The notes beneath the pieces are model-generated. The model did not search any database. It saw nothing but the letters and a program-made list of their open reading frames with translations, and was not told the DNA's origin. A DNA stretch of 64,000 nucleotides from assembly GCA_039586795.1 (NCBI GenBank), contig JBDHJS010000015.1, positions 32,001-96,000 on the forward strand. Reading direction: 5' to 3'. A program made the position numbers and the translations under genes. This DNA is from Gemmatimonadota bacterium. Its GTDB lineage: Bacteria > Gemmatimonadota > Gemmatimonadetes > Palauibacterales > KS3-K002. Each line of letters begins with the position of its first letter. Within the stretch, counting starts at the first letter, position 1. This document shows positions 59,616-64,000 of this stretch, in pieces.

Positions 59616-60311
59616 ATGCGCATTATAGGCCTGCTCGGAGGCATGAGCTGGGAGTCGACGGCAGAGTACTACCGGATGATCAACCAGGAAGTGCGCCGTC
59701 GTTTGGGGCGGCAGCACTCGGCGAAGATCGTCCTGTACAGCGTCGACTTTGAAGAGATCGAGCAACTACAGAGCGAAGGTAACTGGGAGGCTGCAGGTCG
59801 CATGCTGGCCGATGCCGCTCGAGGCGTGGAGCGAGGCGGTGCGGATTTCCTGGTTCTCTGTACGAACACGATGCACAAGGTGGCGCCGGCCATCGAGGAT
59901 GCGATCGATATCCCTCTCATCCATATCGCGGATGCCACGGGCGAAACCGTGGTGGAGGCTGGCTTGCGGTGTGTCGGGCTGTTGGGGACCCGGTTCACCA
60001 TGCAGGAGGACTTCTACAGGGGCCGCCTTGAAGAACGGCACGGGCTCGAGGTGCTCGTGCCGCCGGTTGCGGATCAAGCGCTCGTCGACCGGGTGATCTA
60101 CGACGAGCTTTGCCGCGGCGAGATCCTCGACGAATCGAGGCGCGAGTACGTGAGGATCATCGGCGAGCTAGGTGAACGCGGCGCCGAGGGCATCGTTCTT
60201 GGCTGTACAGAGATCGGTCTGCTGGTGCGACCTGAAGACTCGCCGCTGACGGTCTTCGACACGACGCGAATACACTCGGCGAAGACCGTCGAGGCGGCGC
60301 TATCGGGCTAG
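59616..60311 (+). CDS. Aspartate/glutamate racemase family protein
   Basis: IGLLGGMSWEST, CTNTMH, LLGTRFTM, LGCTEI. Confidence 0.95.
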   Translation: MRIIGLLGGMSWESTAEYYRMINQEVRRRLGRQHSAKIVLYSVDFEEIEQLQSEGNWEAAGRMLADAARGVERGGADFLVLCTNTMHKVAPAIEDAIDIPLIHIADATGETVVEAGLRCVGLLGTRFTMQEDFYRGRLEERHGLEVLVPPVADQALVDRVIYDELCRGEILDESRREYVRIIGELGERGAEGIVLGCTEIGLLVRPEDSPLTVFDTTRIHSAKTVEAALSG

Positions 60312-60314
60312 GTT

Positions 60315-60866
60315 CTACTCGCTTCCGCTGCCAGCGTCGTAGACCCGGGTGTACTGCATCGGACCCCCACGACCCTCGGTCAGCATCTTCACATAGAGCT
60401 TCCGACCCTCGTCCTCCAGCCAATAGGTCGTGATGACTTCCGTAGCGCCTCGGCTGCCGCGGCTGACGGTCGCCCCGGCCGTTCGGCGCTCCACCTTGAG
60501 TTTCCCGCCGTCCCAGCTGCACTTCGTCGTGACGGTCGCTCCGTTCCGTAGCTCGCGAGAAACCGCACGCCCGTCGGTGAAGAGTTCCATCGACTGGCCG
60601 GCACCAACGGGTCTGATGGTCAACGTCGAGTCGGTCTGTTCGATGCGCAGGGCCATCCCCATGTTAGCGCCACCGCCGCCAAACCCTCCCGGGCGGCCCG
60701 GCATGCCGCTGAGCCGCGTCGGGTCGTCGCTCTCGTCTTCGTTGAGCGTGTAAAAGCCGGTGAGATCTGGCTGTTCCGGGGCCACGGCCGACCCCCCGCT
60801 TGAGCACGCAGTAGACACTGCGACTAGAGGAACAAGAAACAAGATCAGGAGGGCGCGTGTGCTCAT
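60315..60866 (-). CDS. Hypothetical lipoprotein, paralog of 61827..62390
   Basis: STAC lipobox; PDLTG..LN...SDDP, W.GGKL.VER, TRVYD. Confidence 0.78.
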   Translation of the reverse strand: MSTRALLILFLVPLVAVSTACSSGGSAVAPEQPDLTGFYTLNEDESDDPTRLSGMPGRPGGFGGGGANMGMALRIEQTDSTLTIRPVGAGQSMELFTDGRAVSRELRNGATVTTKCSWDGGKLKVERRTAGATVSRGSRGATEVITTYWLEDEGRKLYVKMLTEGRGGPMQYTRVYDAGSGSE

Positions 60867-61201
60867 CGGCATTCTCCGTATCTGTGGGTTGGTGGTTTGG
60901 GCCCGAGTAATATACAAACAGCGATGCCGGTCGGCAGCCTTGCGGGGCGGCGCTGGCCGATCACAATATGGGCGACCCTGCTGTCCACTGTTCAACGCCC
61001 TATTCGCCTGGCGCCATGCGTGCTTGCCGTGGTGACGGTGGCGTCTTCCAGCGTGCTGGTGCAGCAGTACACGGCGGCCTGATCGGCGTCGAGGACAAGG
61101 CGGTCAGGGTGGCAACGCGAGCCGACTGTCCTGGATCTTCTACTTCGACTTCTGACCTAATCACGCCTCAAGGAACACAATTCTGGTGCGCCCTTCGAAG
61201 A

Positions 61202-61238
61202 TTGACATATTAATTGTCATAGTGGTATTATAATTGTC
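61202..61238 (+). promoter_or_regulatory. Sigma70-type promoter with palindromic operator
   Basis: TTGACA (61202-07), 18 bp spacer, extended TGnTATTAT; IR TGACA-TATTAAT-TGTCA; TAATTGTC repeated 20 bp apart. Confidence 0.7.
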
Positions 61239-61264
61239 GACTCGCGCTTGAAGGAGGGGTGGTT

Positions 61265-61801
61265 GTGCCAAGTTTTGGGCTCAGGACGCTCGGTGAGTTA
61301 GGGAGATCACAGGAAACGGAACCTCCTCGCCCATCGCGTTACCGGGCGGTAGGGCGGCGCCGCGGTCCAGCGCTCGGGGCGCTGGTCGATGAGACGGTGG
61401 GTCTGTTCAGGGAATTGCGACGCGCGGTAATGGAGATCCATGCAGAGGGGCTACTGTCAGGCGGTCAACGCAAAGTGCTGGCCGAATTGGAGCGAATGGG
61501 ACCGAGGACGGTACCGCAGATGGCGCGAGCCCAATCGGTCAGTCGACAGAACGTACAGTCGCATGTGAACGAGCTCGTCGCCGGGGGGTTGGTCGAGACG
61601 ATCGAGAACCCGGAGCACCGGCGGTCGCGTCTGGTGAGGATCACTGCGGAAGGTGGGCGGCGGCTGCACGAGATGAATCGAGTCGAAACGCAGTTCTTTG
61701 ACGCGCTCGAGATTGAGGCCGATGCGGGTCACATCGAAATGGCAACAGAGGTGTTGCAGGGAGTGCGCAACGCGCTTCGCATTCCCCGGGTAGGAAAGTG
61801 A
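61265..61801 (+). CDS. MarR-family regulator
   Basis: GPRTVPQMAR..VSRQ.VQ..VNEL...GLVE..NPEHRRS.LV.IT.EG; AAGGAGG RBS. Confidence 0.88.
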   Translation: MPSFGLRTLGELGRSQETEPPRPSRYRAVGRRRGPALGALVDETVGLFRELRRAVMEIHAEGLLSGGQRKVLAELERMGPRTVPQMARAQSVSRQNVQSHVNELVAGGLVETIENPEHRRSRLVRITAEGGRRLHEMNRVETQFFDALEIEADAGHIEMATEVLQGVRNALRIPRVGK

Positions 61802-61826
61802 GAGATGACTGCCATGAATGAAATGG

Positions 61827-62390
61827 TCAGTACGCGTCCGCCAAGTCGTAGACCCTAGTGAACTTGATGGTCCGATAGGCGGTGATCCGTATCTCGACGT
61901 GCAGCTGACGGCCGTTCTCTTTCAGCTCGTAGGTCTCGGTGATCTTGGCGCCGCTCTCCAGCTGGCGTTCGACAACCAGCTTTTCACCCTTCCACCCGGC
62001 CTTCGTCCTCAAATTGCCCATGCCTCCGACGGCCTCGATGTACTCGCGTCCGTCCTGGTACACACGGCGCTCGCGGCCCTGGGCATCGCTGAAGATCAGC
62101 GTGGAATCGTCCTCTTCGAGTCTGAAGGCGACGGACGGCATGATGCCATCCGCCGTGAGCGGGGTGCGAGTGCGGCTGGCGCCGGGCTCCGGCCGACCGC
62201 CGGACGGTTCGCCGCCGCCCGGGCGCCCCTGCGGCTCGGGATCCTGGCTGGCGTCGGCATTGAGCAGCCAGGTGCCCGTGAAGTCGGGGTGCGCGGGTAC
62301 GATGCCCTGGCTGCCGCCAGAACACCCTGCTACGAGTGATAGCAGGACGAGGGCTGTGGCCACGACGGTTGGGAAATTCCGGGTTCTCAC
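61827..62390 (-). CDS. Hypothetical lipoprotein, paralog of 60315..60866
   Basis: VAGC lipobox; PDFTG..LN...SQDP, W.GEKL.VER, TRVYD; GTG start after AGGAG. Confidence 0.78.
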   Translation of the reverse strand: MRTRNFPTVVATALVLLSLVAGCSGGSQGIVPAHPDFTGTWLLNADASQDPEPQGRPGGGEPSGGRPEPGASRTRTPLTADGIMPSVAFRLEEDDSTLIFSDAQGRERRVYQDGREYIEAVGGMGNLRTKAGWKGEKLVVERQLESGAKITETYELKENGRQLHVEIRITAYRTIKFTRVYDLADAY

Positions 62391-62469
62391 GATCCATCTC
62401 CTGAGGGACGACGAAGAGCAGTCATATGACATCAAACAACGGCAGCAGCGGCCAACGTCAAGCCCGGCG

Positions 62470-62928
62470 TCAGAAGTTGGGCGGTGGTCCGCGTCGCGAG
62501 CCGCGGGGCATCGGACCCATGCGTCCCCGCCCGCGTCCCTTGTTCATCTCAGAGGTGAGGCTGTCCAGGACAGCCGCCTGCTCCGGCGTGAGGACCGCGC
62601 GGATCTCTTCACGCACCGAATCGGTGACGGCGCGCAGCCTGGGGAGCATCGCGTTAAGGAGAGAGTCGGTATTGGGCCGGCTATCTCGCAGGATTGTCAT
62701 GACTCGCCGATGCTGTTCGGCGGTCAAGTTGAGCTCGCGGAACATGCCGGGCATAAAGTCTTCGAATGGGGGACGCATCCCCATCGGCGCCTCGAACGGT
62801 GGGGCCTGGCGTGAGGCGCGAACGCGCTCGAACGCAACGCCGGCCAGACCGCCGACGACAAACGTTACGAGCAGCAGGGCGATACCCTGTGCGCGTATTC
62901 TGCCCAGTGACTCGAAGCCGTCCTTCAT
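62470..62928 (-). CDS. Spy/CpxP-like (LTxxQ) membrane-anchored protein
   Basis: One TM, LNLTAEQ and VLTPEQ motifs; start overlaps the upstream stop. Confidence 0.8.
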   Translation of the reverse strand: MKDGFESLGRIRAQGIALLLVTFVVGGLAGVAFERVRASRQAPPFEAPMGMRPPFEDFMPGMFRELNLTAEQHRRVMTILRDSRPNTDSLLNAMLPRLRAVTDSVREEIRAVLTPEQAAVLDSLTSEMNKGRGRGRMGPMPRGSRRGPPPNF

Positions 62929-63290
62929 CGATCGTCCTCCAGAGTCAGCCACAGCTCCGCCGGGTCCGGCGCCTCGTCACTGCGGACCCACTGAGCGATC
63001 TGTGCAGGCATCCCTATGGCCTCGGCGATGCCGGTCTGCGACTCGGTCGTCTCGGCTCTCGAGTCGACGCTGGCCAGCGCGGCAACAGAGACGATCCCGG
63101 TAAGTGCGGCCGCGGCGAGCAGCGGTCGCCACCAACTGACGACCTGGCCCAGGGCGTTGCTGCGGCGTCTTCGCGCCTGAAGCTCCGGAGAGGCAGCGGC
63201 CATAATAGAAGCCACGATCTTCTCGAAGTGCTCCGGGTCAGTCGTCGGGTCGAGTTCCCGGAAGTCGGTTCGATCGTTGCGCTCAATCAT
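62925..63290 (-). CDS. Probable single-pass anti-sigma factor
   Basis: Directly downstream of and overlapping the ECF sigma gene; one TM (WRPLLAAAAL). Confidence 0.7.
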   Translation of the reverse strand: MIERNDRTDFRELDPTTDPEHFEKIVASIMAAASPELQARRRRSNALGQVVSWWRPLLAAAALTGIVSVAALASVDSRAETTESQTGIAEAIGMPAQIAQWVRSDEAPDPAELWLTLEDDR

Positions 63291-63855
63291 CTGAGTACTC
63301 CATGAAGACCTGCTCGCCCAATCGCTCTCGCAGAGTCCGCCGAGCGCCCATCAAGTGTTGGCGCGACATACCCTCGGAAATATCGAGGGTCTCGGCGATC
63401 TCGCGATGCTTCCAACCCTGAAGATCGTGGAGAAGGACAACGTCGCGCTGAATCTCGCTCAGTTCCTCCAAAGCCGTTTCCAGTTCGGTCCGTAGCTGCG
63501 CGCGCTCCGCATCTCGGTCGGGGTTGTCGGAGCTAGCGGCCGAGACCGTCTCGAGCGGCTGCGTTTCTCGCACCTTCTTATAGGCGCGATAGTTGTGCGC
63601 TCGGTTGCGGACGATCTGAAGCAACCAGGCGACGAATCGGGTCGGGTCGGGGTCGTCGATCCGTTCGAGAGCCCGGATGAACGCTTCCTGGCAGACGTCC
63701 TCCGCATCCATCGCATTTCCCAGCTTGGCCAGAGCCACGGCGTAGGCGGCACGATAGTGCCGCCGCACCAGCGTCTCGAACGCCGCCGCGTCACCGCGCC
63801 GGGCTCGCTTGACCAGGGATTCATCCGGCACATCCGATCTCCCGCCCGAGGCCAT
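63283..63855 (-). CDS. ECF-type RNA polymerase sigma factor
   Basis: GDAAAFETLV, DAEDVCQEAF, WLLQIVRN, HREIAETLDISEG. Confidence 0.95.
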   Translation of the reverse strand: MASGGRSDVPDESLVKRARRGDAAAFETLVRRHYRAAYAVALAKLGNAMDAEDVCQEAFIRALERIDDPDPTRFVAWLLQIVRNRAHNYRAYKKVRETQPLETVSAASSDNPDRDAERAQLRTELETALEELSEIQRDVVLLHDLQGWKHREIAETLDISEGMSRQHLMGARRTLRERLGEQVFMEYSDD

Positions 63856-64000
63856 GGCTCAGTCCGTCTGCACTAGTAAGACAGCGGGTTTGGCCAAACC
63901 GTTAGCCAGCACGGGGTAGCCTGGCGCGGCGGCGAGCCGGGAGGCTTGGGTGGGGCCGGAGTCCACGGCTCGGAACCTACAGACCGTATTGCTTCATCTT

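Noticed and set aside
61040..61100. Histidine-kinase ATPase remnant (VLVQQ / HGGLIGVE)
   Set aside because: Needs a frame change, is under 15 aa, and no G-box motifs are visible.

Overview
High-GC bacterial chromosome segment, densely coding, with about 60 CDS. I saw no rRNA, tRNA, transposase, integrase, phage gene or CRISPR array. The gene content (orphan ADOP-type duplicated ABC permeases, membrane-anchored TolB-like/TPR proteins, many secreted and lipoprotein genes) suggests a Gemmatimonadota-like organism, which is an inference only. The window is rich in thiol/selenol redox genes: DsbA, CcdA, TlpA, two peroxiredoxins, a glutaredoxin-thioredoxin reductase fusion, TrxC and an MhqR-like repressor. 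The strongest finding is a signal-peptide-bearing peroxiredoxin that the ORF track splits at an in-frame UGA in the catalytic Cys position. The UGA is followed by a SECIS-like hairpin, so this is a likely exported selenoprotein, and it faces a ccdA-tlpA pair. Other notable items: a 1026-aa secreted protein with two HKD phospholipase-D motifs and a barrel-like N-terminus; a zincin fused to a ComEA-like HhH domain; two tandem N-terminal-Cys winged-helix miniproteins after a peroxiredoxin; a family of 7-nt-periodic palindromic intergenic elements; two candidate structured RNAs; and two genes broken by apparent internal deletions. All family calls come from motif recognition by eye; no searches were run.
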